Assembly: GCA_964016885.1 (NCBI GenBank)
Contig: OZ024743.1
Coordinates: 82,150,001 to 82,214,000 of the forward strand
Length of the DNA: 64,000 nucleotides
Direction of reading: 5' to 3'
Source: Eledone cirrhosa
Lineage: Eukaryota
A program made the translations under genes and the position numbers. The first letter of the stretch is position 1. Every line of letters starts with the position of its first letter. Of the stretch, positions 24,370 to 37,100 are shown one piece after another. The notes under the pieces were generated by a model. That model was not told the origin of the DNA. It saw only the letters and a program-made list of their open reading frames with translations, and ran no database searches.

Positions 24370-27300
24370 TGGGTTACTGGTGTTATAGTGCTGTAGTGGT
24401 CCTGGGTCAGGTCGAGTTACTGGAGTTCTAGTGTTGTAGTGGTCCTGGGTCAGGTTGGGTTACTAGAGTTCTAGTGCTGTAGTGGTCCTGGGTCAGGTTA
24501 GGTTACTGGAGTTATAGTGCTGAAGTGGTCCTGGCTCAGGTTAGGTTACTGGAGTTCTAGTGCTGTAGTGGCCCTGGCTCAGGTTAGGTTACTGGAGTTC
24601 TAGTGTTGTAGTGGTCCTGGGTCAGGTTAGGTTACTGGAGTTCTAGTGCTGTAGTGGTCCTGGGTCAGTTTGGGTTACTGGAGTTATAGTGTTGTAGTGG
24701 TCCTGGGTCAGGTCGGGTTACTGGAGTTCTAGTGCTGTAGTGGTCCTGGGTCAGGTTAGGTTACTAGAGTTCTAGTGCTGTAGTGGTCCTGGGTCAGGTT
24801 AGGTTACTGGAGTTCTAGTGCTGTAGTGGTCCTGGTTCAGGTTGGGTTACTGGAGTTATAGTGTTGTAGTGGTCCTGGGTCAGGTCGGGTTACTGGAGTT
24901 ATAGTGCTGTAGTGGTCCTGGGTCAGGTCGGGTTACTGGAGTTCTAGTGCTGTAGTGGTCCTGGGTCAGGTTGGGTTACTGGAGTTACAGTGTTGTAGTG
25001 GTCCTGGGTCAGGTTGGGTTACTGGAGTTATAGTGCTGTAGTGGTCCTGGGTCAGGTTGGGTTACTGGAATTATAGTGCTGTAGTGGCCCTGGGTCAGGT
25101 CGGGTTACTGGAGTTCTAGTGCTGTAGTGGTCCTGGGTCATGTTGGGTTACTGGAGTTCTAGTGCGGTAGTGGTCCTGGGTCAGGTCAGGTTACTGGAGT
25201 TCTAGTGCTGTAGTGGTCCTGGGTCAGGTTGGGTTACTGGAGTTATAGTGTTGTAGTGGTCCTGGTTCAGGTTGGGTTACTGGAGTTATAATGCTCTAGT
25301 GGTCCTGGGTCAGGTCGGGTTACTGGAGTTCTAGTGCTGCAGTGGTCCTGGGTTAGGTTAGGTTACTAGAGTTCTAGTGCTGTAGTGGTCCTGGGTCAGT
25401 TTAGGTTACTGGAGTTCTAGTGTTGTAGTGGTCCTGGGTCAGGTCGGGTTACTGGAGTTCTAGTGTTGTAGTGGTCCTGGGTCAGGTTGGGTTACTGGAG
25501 TTCTAGTGCTGTAGTGGTCCTGGGTCAGGTTGGGTTACTGGAGTTATAGTGTTGTAGTGGTCCTGGGTCAGGTCGGGTTACTGGAGTTATAGTGCTGTAG
25601 TGGTCCTGGGTCAGTTCGGGTTACTGGAGTTCTAGTGCTGTAGTGGTCCTGGGTCAGGTTGGGTTACTAGAGTTATAGTGTTGTAGTGGTCCTGGGTCAG
25701 GTCGGGTTACTGGAGTTCTAGTGTTGTAGTGGTCCTGGGTCAGGTTGGGTTACTGGAGTTATAGTGTTGTAGTGGTCCTGGGTCAGGTCGGGTTACTGGA
25801 GTTCTAGTGTTGTAGTGGTCCTGGGTCAGGTTGGGTTACTGGAGTTCTAGTGCTGTAGTGGTCCTGGGTCAGGTTGTGTTACTGGAGTTATAGTGTTGTA
25901 GTGGTCCTGGGTCAGGTCGGGTTACTGGAGTTATAGTGCTGTAGTGGTCCTGGGTCAGGTCGGGTTACTGGAGTTCTAGTGCTGTAGTGGTCCTGGGTCA
26001 GGTTGGGTTACTAGAGTTATAGTGTTGTAGTGGTCCTGGGTCAGGTCGGGTTACTGGAGTTCTAGTGCTGTAGTGGTCCTGGGTCAGGTTAGGTTACTGG
26101 AGTTCTAGTGCTGTAGTGGTCCTGGGTCAGGTTGGGTTACTGGAGTTACAGTGTTGTAGTGGTCCTGGGTCAGGTTGGGTTACTGGAGTTATAGTGCTGT
26201 AGTGGTCCTGGGTCAGGTTGGGTTACTGGAGTTATAGTGCTGTAGTGGTCCTGGGTCAGGTCGGGTTACTGGAGTTCTAGTGCTGTAGTGGTCCTGGGTC
26301 AGGTTGGGTTACTGGAGTTATAGTGTTGTAGTGGTCATGGGTCAGGTCGGGTTACTGGAGTTCTAGTGCTGTAGTGGTCCTGGGTCAGGTTAGGTTACTA
26401 GAATTCTAGTGCTGTAGTGGTCCTGGGTCAGGTTAGGTTACTGGAGTTCTAGTGTTGTAGTGGTCCTGGGTCAGGTTGGGTTACTGGAGTTATAGTGTTG
26501 TAGTGGTCCTGGGTCAGGTTGGGTTACTGGAGCTATAGTGCTGTAGTGGTCCTGGGTCAGGTCGGGTTACTGGAGTTCTAGTGCTGCAGTGGTCCTGGGT
26601 CAGGTTAGGTTACTAGAGTTCTACTGCTGTAGTGGTCCTGGGTCAGGTTAGGTTACTGGAGTTCTAGTGTTGTAGTGGTCCTGGGTCAGGTTAGGTTACT
26701 GGAGTTATAGTGTTGTAGTGGTCCTGGGTCAGGACGGGTTACTGGAGTTCTAGTGTTTTAGTGGTCCTGGGTCAGGTTGGGTTACTGGAGTTATAGTGTT
26801 GTAGTGGTCCTGGGTCAGGTTGGGTTACTGGAGTTATAGTGCTGTAGTGGTCCTGGGTCAGGTTAGGTTACTGGAGTTATAGTGTTGTAGTGGTCCTGGG
26901 TCAGGTCGGGTTACTGGAGTTCTAGTGCTGTAGTGGTCCTGGGTCAGGTTAGGTTACTAGAGTTCTAGTGCTGTAGTGGTCCTGGGTCAGGTTAGGTTAC
27001 TGGAGTTCTAGTGGTCCTGGGTCAGGTTAGGTTACTGGAGTTCTAGTGCTGTAGTGGTCCTGGGTCAGGTTGGGTTACTGGAGTTATAGTGTTGTAGTGG
27101 TCCTGGGTCAGGTTGGGTTACTGGAGTTCTAGTGCTGTAGCGGTCCTGGGTCAGGTTGGGTTACTGGAGTTCTAGTGTTGTAGTGGTCCTGGGTCAGGTT
27201 GGGTTACTGGGGTTCTAGTGTTTATGTGGTCCTGGGTCAGGTTGGGATACTGGAATTCTAGTGTTGTAGTGGTCCTGGGTCAGGTTGGGTCACTGGAGTT

Positions 27301-30300
27301 ATAGTGCTGTAGTGGTCCTGGGTCAGGTTGGGTTACTGGAATTATAGTGCTGTAGTGGTCCTGGATCAGGTCGGGTTACTGGAGTTCTAGTGCTGTAGTG
27401 GTCCTGGGTCAGGTTGGGTTACTGGAGTTATAGTGTTGTAGTGGTCCTGGGTCAGGTCGGGTTACTGGAGTTCTAGTGCTGTAGTGGTCATGCGTCAGGT
27501 TAGGTTACAAGAGTTCTAGTGCGGTAGTGGTCCTGGGTCAGGTCGGGTTACTGGAGTTCTAGTGTTGTAGTGGTCCTGGGTCAGGTTGGGTTACTGGAGT
27601 TCTAGTGCTGTAGTGGTCCTGGGTCAGGTTGGGTTACTGGAGTTATAGTGTTGTAGTGGTCCTGGGTCAGGTCGGGTTACTGGAGTTATAGTGCTGTAGT
27701 GGTCCTGGGTCAGGTCGGGTTACTGGAGTTCTAGTGCTGTAGTGGTCCTGGGTCAGGTTGGGTTACTAGAGTTATAGTGTTGTAGTGGTCCTGGGTCAGG
27801 TCGGGTTACTGGAGTTAGAGTGCTGTAGTGTTCCTGGGTCAGGTCGGGTTACTGGAGTTCTAGTGCTGTAGTGGTCCTGGGTCAGGTTGGGTTACTGGAG
27901 TTATAGTGTTGTAGTGGTCATGGGTCAGGTCGGGTTACTGGAGTTCTAGTGCTGTAGTGGTCCTGGGTCAGGTTAGGTTACTAGAATTCTAGTGCTGTAG
28001 TGGTCCTGGGTCAGGTTAGGTTACTGGAGTTCTAGTGCTGTAGTGGTCCTGGGTCAGGTTGGGTTACTGGAGTTATAGTGCTGTAGTGGTCCTGGGTCAG
28101 GTTAGGTTACTGGAGTTATAGTGCTGTAGTGGTCCTGGGTCAGGTTAGGTTACTGGAGTTCTAGTGCTGTAGTGGTCCTGGGTCAGGTTGGGTTACTGGA
28201 GTTATAGTGTTGTAGTGGTCCTGGGTCAGGTTGGGTTACTGGAGCTATAGTGCTGTAGTGGTCCTGGGTCAGGTCGGGTTACTGGAGTTCTAGTGCTGTA
28301 GTGGTCCTGGGTCAGGTTAGGTTACTGGAGTTCTAATGTTATAGTGGTCCTGGGTCAGGTTAGGTTACTGGAGTTCTAGTGCTGTAGTCGTCCTGGGTCA
28401 GGTTGGGTTCCTGGAGTTATAGTGTTGTAGTGGTCCTGGGTCAGGTTGGGTTACTGGAGTACTAGTGCTGTAGAGGTCCTGGGTCAGGTTGGGTTACTGG
28501 AGTTCTAGTGTTGTAGTGGTCCTGGGTCAGGTTGGGTTACTGGGGTTCTAGTGTTGTAGTGGTCCTGGGTCAGGTTGGGATACTGGAGTTCTAGTGTTGT
28601 AGTGGTCCTGGGTCAGGTTGGGTTACTGGAGTTCTAGTGCTGTAGAGGTCCTGGGTCAGGTTGGGTTACTGGAGTTACAGTGTTGTAGTGGTCCTGGGTC
28701 AGGTTGGGTTACTGGAGTTATAGTGCTGTAGTGGTCCTGGGTCAGGTTGGGTTACTGGAGTTATAGTGCTGTAGTGGTCCTGGGTCAGGTCGGGTTACTG
28801 GAGTTCTAGTGCTGTAGTGGTCCTGGGTCAGGTTGGGTTACTGGAGTTATAGTGTTGTAGTGGTCATGGGTCAGGTTGGGTTACTGGTGTTATAGTGCTG
28901 TAGTGGTCCTGGGTCAGGTCGAGTTACTGGAGTTCTAGTGTTGTAGTGGTCCTGGGTCAGGTTGGGTTACTAGAGTTCTAGTGCTGTAGTGGTCCTGGGT
29001 CAGGTTAGGTTACTGGAGTTATAGTGCTGAAGTGGTCCTGGCTCAGGTTAGGTTACTGGAGTTCTAGTGCTCTAGTGGCCCTGGCTCAGGTTAGGTTACT
29101 GGAGTTCTAGTGTTGTAGTGGTCCTGGGTCAGGTTAGGTTACTGGAGTTCTAGTGCTGTAGTGGTCCTGGGTCAGTTTGGGTTACTGGAGTTATAGTGTT
29201 GTAGTGGTCCTGGGTCAGGTCGGGTTACTGGAGTTCTAGTGCTGTAGTGGTCCTGGGTCAGGTTAGGTTACTAGAGTTCTAGTGCTGTAGTGGTCCTGGG
29301 TCAGGTTAGGTTACTGGAGTTCTAGTGCTGTAGTGGTCCTGGTTCAGGTTGGGTTACTGGAGTTATAGTGTTGTAGTGGTCCTGGGTCAGGTCGGGTTAC
29401 TGGAGTTATAGTGCTGTAGTGGTCCTGGGTCAGGTCGGGTTACTGGAGTTCTAGTGCTGTAGTGGTCCTGGGTCAGGTTGGGTTACTGGAGTTACAGTGT
29501 TGTAGTGGTCCTGGGTCAGGTTGGGTTACTGGAGTTATAGTGCTGTAGTGGTCCTGGGTCAGGTTGGGTTACTGGAATTATAGTGCTGTAGTGGCCCTGG
29601 GTCAGGTCGGGTTACTGGAGTTCTAGTGCTGTAGTGGTCCTGGGTCATGTTGGGTTACTGGAGTTCTAGTGCGGTAGTGGTCCTGGGTCAGGTCAGGTTA
29701 CTGGAGTTCTAGTGCTGTAGTGGTCCTGGGTCAGGTTGGGTTACTGGAGTTATAGTGTTGTAGTGGTCCTGGTTCAGGTTGGGTTACTGGAGTTATAATG
29801 CTCTAGTGGTCCTGGGTCAGGTCGGGTTACTGGAGTTCTAGTGCTGCAGTGGTCCTGGGTTAGGTTAGGTTACTAGAGTTCTAGTGCTGTAGTGGTCCTG
29901 GGTCAGTTTAGGTTACTGGAGTTCTAGTGTTGTAGTGGTCCTGGGTCAGGTCGGGTTACTGGAGTTCTAGTGTTGTAGTGGTCCTGGGTCAGGTTGGGTT
30001 ACTGGAGTTCTAGTGCTGTAGTGGTCCTGGGTCAGGTTGGGTTACTGGAGTTATAGTGTTGTAGTGGTCCTGGGTCAGGTCGGGTTACTGGAGTTATAGT
30101 GCTGTAGTGGTCCTGGGTCAGTTCGGGTTACTGGAGTTCTAGTGCTGTAGTGGTCCTGGGTCAGGTTGGGTTACTAGAGTTATAGTGTTGTAGTGGTCCT
30201 GGGTCAGGTCGGGTTACTGGAGTTCTAGTGTTGTAGTGGTCCTGGGTCAGGTTGGGTTACTGGAGTTATAGTGTTGTAGTGGTCCTGGGTCAGGTCGGGT

Positions 30301-33300
30301 TACTGGAGTTCTAGTGTTGTAGTGGTCCTGGGTCAGGTTGGGTTACTGGAGTTCTAGTGCTGTAGTGGTCCTGGGTCAGGTTGTGTTACTGGAGTTATAG
30401 TGTTGTAGTGGTCCTGGGTCAGGTCGGGTTACTGGAGTTATAGTGCTGTAGTGGTCCTGGGTCAGGTCGGGTTACTGGAGTTCTAGTGCTGTAGTGGTCC
30501 TGGGTCGGGTTGGGTTACTAGAGTTATAGTGTTGTAGTGGTCCTGGGTCAGGTCGGGTTACTGGAGTTCTAGTGCTGTAGTGGTCCTGGGTCAGGTTAGG
30601 TTACTGGAGTTCTAGTGCTGTAGTGGTCCTGGGTCAGGTTGGGTTACTGGAGTTACAGTGTTGTAGTGGTCCTGGGTCAGGTTGGGTTACTGGAGTTATA
30701 GTGCTGTAGTGGTCCTGGGTCAGGTTGGGTTACTGGAGTTATAGTGCTGTAGTGGTCCTGGGTCAGGTCGGGTTACTGGAGTTCTAGTGCTGTAGTGGTC
30801 CTGGGTCAGGTTGGGTTACTGGAGTTATAGTGTTGTAGTGGTCATGGGTCAGGTCGGGTTACTGGAGTTCTAGTGCTGTAGTGGTCCTGGGTCAGGTTAG
30901 GTTACTAGAATTCTAGTGCTGTAGTGGTCCTGGGTCAGGTTAGGTTACTGGAGTTCTAGTGTTGTAGTGGTCCTGGGTCAGGTTGGGTTACTGGAGCTAT
31001 AGTGCTGTAGTGGTCCTGGGTCAGGTCGGGTTACTGGAGTTCTAGTGCTGCAGTGGTCCTGGGTCAGGTTAGGTTACTAGAGTTCTACTGCTGTAGTGGT
31101 CCTGGGTCAGGTTAGGTTACTGGAGTTCTAGTGTTGTAGTGGTCCTGGGTCAGGTTAGGTTACTGGAGTTATAGTGTTGTAGTGGTCCTGGGTCAGGACG
31201 GGTTACTGGAGTTCTAGTGTTGTAGTGGTCCTGGGTCAGGTTGGGTTACTGGAGTTATAGTGTTGTAGTGGTCCTGGGTCAGGTTGGGTTACTGGAGTTA
31301 TAGTGCTGTAGTGGTCCTGGGTCAGGTTAGGTTACTGGAGTTATAGTGTTGTAGTGGTCCTGGGTCAGGTCGGGTTACTGGAGTTCTAGTGCTGTAGTGG
31401 TCCTGGGTCAGGTTAGGTTACTAGAGTTCTAGTGCTGTAGTGGTCCTGGGTCAGGTCAGGTTACTGGAGTTCTAGTGGTCCTGGGTCAGGTTAGGTTACT
31501 GGAGTTCTAGTGCTGTAGTGGTCCTGGGTCAGGTTGGGTTACTGGAGTTATAGTGTTGTAGTGGTCCTGGGTCAGGTTGGGTTACTGGAGTTCTAGTGCT
31601 GTAGCGGTCCTGGGTCAGGTTGGGTTACTGGAGTTCTAGTGTTGTAGTGGTCCTGGGTCAGGTTGGGTTACTGGGGTTCTAGTGTTTATGTGGTCCTGGG
31701 TCAGGTTGGGATACTGGAATTCTAGTGTTGTAGTGGTCCTGGGTCAGGTTGGGTCACTGGAGTTATAGTGCTGTAGTGGTCCTGGGTCAGGTTGGGTTAC
31801 TGGAATTATAGTGCTGTAGTGGTCCTGGATCAGGTCGGGTTACTGGAGTTCTAGTGCTGTAGTGGTCCTGGGTCAGGTTGGGTTACTGGAGTTATAGTGT
31901 TGTAGTGGTCCTGGGTCAGGTCGGGTTACTGGAGTTCTAGTGCTGTAGTGGTCATGTGTCAGGTTAGGTTACAAGAGTTCTAGTGCGGTAGTGGTCCTGG
32001 GTCAGGTCGGGTTACTGGAGTTCTAGTGTTGTAGTGGTCCTGGGTCAGGTCGGGTTACTGGAGTTATAGTGCTGTAGTGGTCCTGGGTCAGGTCGGGTTA
32101 CTGGAGTTCTAGTGCTGTAGTGGTCCTGGGTCAGGTTGGGTTACTAGAGTTATAGTGTTGTAGTGGTCCTGGGTCAGGTCGGGTTACTGGAGTTAGAGTG
32201 CTGTAGTGTTCCTGGGTCAGGTCGGGTTACTGGAGTTCTAGTGCTGTAGTGGTCCTGGGTCAGGTTGGGTTACTGGAGTTATAGTGTTGTAGTGGTCATG
32301 GGTCAGGTCGGGTTACTGGAGTTCTAGTGCTGTAGTGGTCCTGGGTCAGGTTAGGTTACTAGAATTCTAGTGCTGTAGTGGTCCTGGGTCAGGTTAGGTT
32401 ACTGGAGTTCTAGTGCTGTAGTGTTCCTGGGTCAGGTTGGGTTACTGGAGTTATAGTGCTGTAGTGGTCCTGGGTCAGGTTAGGTTACTGGAGTTATAGT
32501 GCTGTAGTGGTCCTGGGTCAGGTTAGGTTACTGGAGTTCTAGTGCTGTAGTGGTCCTGGGTCAGGTTGGGTTACTGGAGTTATAGTGTTGTAGTGGTCCT
32601 GGGTCAGGTTGGGTTACTGGAGCTATAGTGCTGTAGTGGTCCTGGGTCAGGTCGGGTTACTGGAGTTCTAGTGCTGCAGTTGTCCTGGGTCAGGTTAGGT
32701 TACTAGAGTTCTAGTGCTGTAGTGGTCCTGGGTCAGGTTAGGTTACTGGAGTTCTAGTGTTGTAGTGGTCCTGGGTCAGGTTAGGTTACTGGAGTTATAG
32801 TGTTGTAGTGGTCCTGGGTCAGGTCGGGTTACTGGAGTTCTAGTGTTGTAGTGGTCCTGGGTCAGGTTAGGTTACTGGAGTTCTAGTGTTGTAGTGGTCC
32901 TGGGTCAGGTTAGGTTACTGGAGTTCTAGTGCTGTAGTGGTCCTGGGTCAGGTTAGGTTACTGGAGTTCTAATGTTGTAGTGGTCCTGGGTCAGGTTAGG
33001 TTACTGGAGTTCTAGTGCTGTAGTCGTCCTGGGTCAGGTTGGGTTCCTGGAGTTATAGTGTTGTAGTGGTCCTGGGTCAGGTTGGGTTACTGGAGTACTA
33101 GTGCTGTAGAGGTCCTGGGTCAGGTTGGGTTACTGGAGTTCTAGTGTTGTAGTGGTCCTGGGTCAGGTTGGGTTACTGGGGTTCTAGTGTTGTAGTGGTC
33201 CTGGGTCAGGTTGGGATACTGGAGTTCTAGTGTTGTAGTGGTCCTGGGTCAGGTTGGGTTACTGGAGTTCTAGTGCTGTAGAGATCCTGGGTCAGGTTGG

Positions 33301-33510
33301 GTTACTGGAGTTACAGTGTTGTAGTGGTCCTGGGTCAGGTTGGGTTACTGGAGTTATAGTGCTGTAGTGGTCCTGGGTCAGGTTGGGTTACTGGAGTTAT
33401 AGTGCTGTAGTGGTCCTGGGTCAGGTCGGGTTACTGGAGTTCTAGTGCTGTAGTGGTCCTGGGTCAGGTTGGGTTACTGGAGTTATAGTGTTGTAGTGGT
33501 CATGGGTCAG
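24370..33510 (+). repeat. Near-identical tandem duplication of ~4.5 kb (about 105 monomers): ~24370-28870 and ~28877-33510
   Basis: Marker pairs: GTCGAG 24415/28922, CTGAAG 24521/29028 and ACTAGAATTCTAGT 26397/30904 (offset 4507 = 105x43 - 8). A shared 8-nt deletion at ~27010/31475 and TTTATGTGG at 27221/31685 have offset 4464. Confidence 0.92.
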
Positions 33511-34199
33511 GTCGGGTTACTGGAGTTCTAGTGCTGTAGTGGTCCTGGGTCAGGTTAGGTTACTAGAATTCTAGTGCTGCAGTGGTCCTGGGTCAGGTTA
33601 GGTTACTAGAGTTCTAGTGCTGTAGTGGTCCTGGGTCAGGTTAGGTTACTGGAGTTCTAGTGTTGTAGTGGTCCTGGGTCAGGTTAGGTTACTGGAGTTA
33701 TAGTGTTGTAGTGGTCCTGGGTCAGGTCGGGTTACTGGAGTTCTAGTGTTGTAGTGGTCCTGGGTAAGGTTGGGTTACTGGAGTTCTAGTGTTGTAGTGG
33801 TCCTGGGTCAGGTTGGGTTAATGGAGTTATAGTGTTGTAGTGGTCCTGGGTCAGGTTGTGTTACTGGAGTTATAGTGCTGTAGTGGTCCTGGGTCAGGTT
33901 AGGTTACTGGAGTGATAGTGTTGTAGTGGTCCTGGGTCAGGTCGGGTTACTGGAGTTCTAGTGCTGTAGTGGTCCTGGGTCAGGTTAGGTTACTAGAGTT
34001 CTAGTGCTGTAGTGGTCCTGGGTCAGGTTAGGTTACTGGAGTTCTAGTGTTGTAGTGGTCCTGGGTCAGGTTAGGTTACTGGAGTTCTAGTGCTGTAGTG
34101 GTCCTGGGTCAGGTTGGGTTACTGGAGTTATAGTGTTGTAGTGGTCCTGGGTCAGGTTGGGTTACTGGAGTTCTAGTGTTGTAGTGGTCCTGGGTCAGG

Positions 34200-37100
34200 T
34201 CGGGTTACTGGAGTTCTAGTGCTGTAGTGGTCCTGGGTCAGGTTAGGTTACAAGAGTTCTAGTGCTGTAGTGGTCCTGGGTCAGGTCGGGTTACTGGAGT
34301 TCTAGTGTTGTAGTGGTCCTGGGTCAGGTTGGGTTACTGCAGTTCTAGTGCTGTAGTGGTCCTGGGTCAGGTCGGGTTACTGGAGTTATAGTGCTGTAGT
34401 GGTCCTGGGTCAGGTCGGGTTACTGGAGTTCTAGTGCTGTAGTGGTCCTGGGTCAGGTTAGGTTAATAGAGTTATAGTGCTGTAGTGGTCCTGGGTCAGG
34501 TTAGGTTAATAGAGTTATAGTGCTGTAGTGGTCCTGGGTCAGGTTAGGTTACTGGAGTTCTAGTGTTGTAGTGGTCCTGGGTCAGGTTAGGTTACTGGAG
34601 TTATAGTGTTGTAGTGGTCCTGGGTCAGGTTGGGTTACTGGAGTTATAGTGCTGTAGTGGTCCTGGGTCAGGTTAGGTTAATAGAGTTATAGTGCTGTAG
34701 TGGTCCTGGGTCAGGTTGGGTTACTGGAGTTATAATGTTGTAGTGGTCCTGGGTCAGGTTAGGTTACTGGAGTTCTAGTGCTGTAGTGGTCCTGGGTCAG
34801 GTTGGGTTACTGGAGTTATAGTGCTGTAGTGGTCCTGGGTCAGGTTAGGTTAATAGAGTTATAGTGCTGTAGTCGTCCTGGGTCAGGTTAGGTTACTGGA
34901 GTTCTAGTGTTGTAGTGGTCCTGGGTCAGGTTGGGTTACTGGAGTTATAGTGTTGTATTGGTCCTGGGTCAGGTTGGGTTACTGGAGCTATAGTGCTGTA
35001 GTGGTCCTGGGTCAGGTCGGGTTACTGGAGTTCTAGTGCTGCAGTGGTCCTGGGTCAGGTTAGGTTACTAGAGTTCTAGTGCTGTAGTGGTCCTGGGTCA
35101 GGTTAGGTTACTGGAGTTCTAGTGTTGTAGTGGTCCTGGGTCAGGTTAGGTTACTGGAGTTATAGTGTTGTAGTGGTCCTGGGTCAGGTCGGGTTACTGG
35201 AGTTCTAGTGTTGTAGTGGTCCTGGGTAAGGTTGGGTTACTGGAGTTCTAGTGTTGTAGTGGTCCTGGGTCAGGTTGGGTTACTGGAGTTATAGTGTTGT
35301 AGTGGTCCTGGGTCAGGTCGGGTTACTGGAGTTATAGTGCTGTAGTGGTCCTGGGTCAGGTCGGGTTACTGGAGTTCTAGTGCTGTAGTGGTCCTGGGTC
35401 AGGTTGGGTTACTAGAGTTATAGTGTTGTAGTGGTCCTGGGTCAGGTCGGGTTACTGGTGTTCTAGTGCTGTAGTGGTCCTGGGTCAGGTTAGGTTACTA
35501 GAATTCTAGTGCTGTAGTGGTCCTGGGTCAGGTTAGGTTACTGGAGTTCTAGTGTTGTAGTGGTCCTGGGTCAGGTTGGGTTACTGGAGTTATAGTGTTG
35601 TAGTGGTCCTGGGTCAGGTTGGGTTACTGGAGCTATAGTGCTGTAGTGGTCCTGGGTCAGGTCGGGTTACTGGAGTTCTAGTGCTGCAGTGGTCCTGGGT
35701 CAGGTTAGGTTACTAGAGTTCTAGTGCTGTAGTGGTCCTGGGTCAGGTTAGGTTACTGGAGTTCTAGTGTTGTAGTGGTCCTGGGTCAGGTTAGGTTACT
35801 GGAGTTATAGTGTTGTAGTGGTCCTGGGTCAGGTCGGGTTACTGGAGTTCTAGTGTTGTAGTGGTCCTGGGTAAGGTTGGGTTACTGGAGTTCTAGTGTT
35901 GTAGTGGTCCTGGGTCAGGTTGGGTTACTGGAGTTATAGTGTTGTAGTGGTCCTGGGTCAGGTTGGGTTACTGGAGTTATAGTGCTGTAGTGGTCCTGGG
36001 TCAGGTTAGGTTACTGGAGTTATAGTGTTGTAGTGGTCCTGGGTCAGGTCGGGTTACTGGAGTTCTAGTGCTGTAGTGGTCCTGGGTCAGGTTAGGTTAC
36101 TAGAGTTCTAGTGCTGTAGTGGTCCTGGGTCAGGTTAGGTTACTGGAATTCTAGTGTTGTAGTGGTCCTGGGTCAGGTTAGGTTACTGGAGTTCTAGTGC
36201 TGTAGTGGTCCTGGGTCAGGTTGGGTTACTGGAGTTATAGTGTTGTACTGGTCCTGGGTCAGGTTGGGTTACTGGAGTTCTAGTGCTGTAGCGGTCCTGG
36301 GTCAGGTTGGGTTACTGGAGTTCTAGTGTTGTAGTGGTCCTGGGTCAGGTTGGGTTACTGGGATTCTAGTGTTTATGTGGTCCTGGGTCAGGTTGGGATA
36401 CTGGAATTCTAGTGTTGTAGTGGTCCTGGGTCAGGTTGGGTCACTGGAGTTATAGTGCTCTAGTGGTCCTGGGTCAGGTTGGGTTACTGGAATTATCGTG
36501 CTGTAGTGGTCCTGGGTCAGGTCGGGTTACTGGAGTTCTAGTGCTGTAGTGGTCCTGGGTCAGGTTGGGTTACTGGAGTTATAGTGTTGTAGTGGTCCTG
36601 GGTCAGGTCGGGTTACTGGAGTTCTAGTGCTGTAGTGGTCCTGGGTCAGGTTAGGTTACAAGAGTTCTAGTGCTGTAGTGGTCCTGGGTCAGGTCGGGTT
36701 ACTGGAGTTCTAGTGTTGTAGTGGTCCTGGGTCAGGTTGGGTTACTGGAGTTCTAGTGCTGTAGTGGTCCTGGGTCAGGTCGGGTTACTGGAGTTATAGT
36801 GCTGTAGTGGTCCTGGGTCAGGTCGGGTTACTGGAGTTCTAGTGCTGTAGTGGTCCTGGGTCAGGTTAGGTTAATAGAGTTATAGTGCTGTAGTGGTCCT
36901 GGGTCAGGTTAGGTTAATAGAGTTATAGTGCTGTAGTGGTCCTGGGTCAGGTTAGGTTACTGGAGTTCTAGTGTTGTAGTGGTCCTGGGTCAGGTTAGGT
37001 TACTGGAGTTATAGTGTTGTAGTGGTCCTGGGTCAGGTTGGGTTACTGGAGTTATAGTGCTGTAGTGGTCCTGGGTCAGGTTAGGTTAATAGAGTTATAG

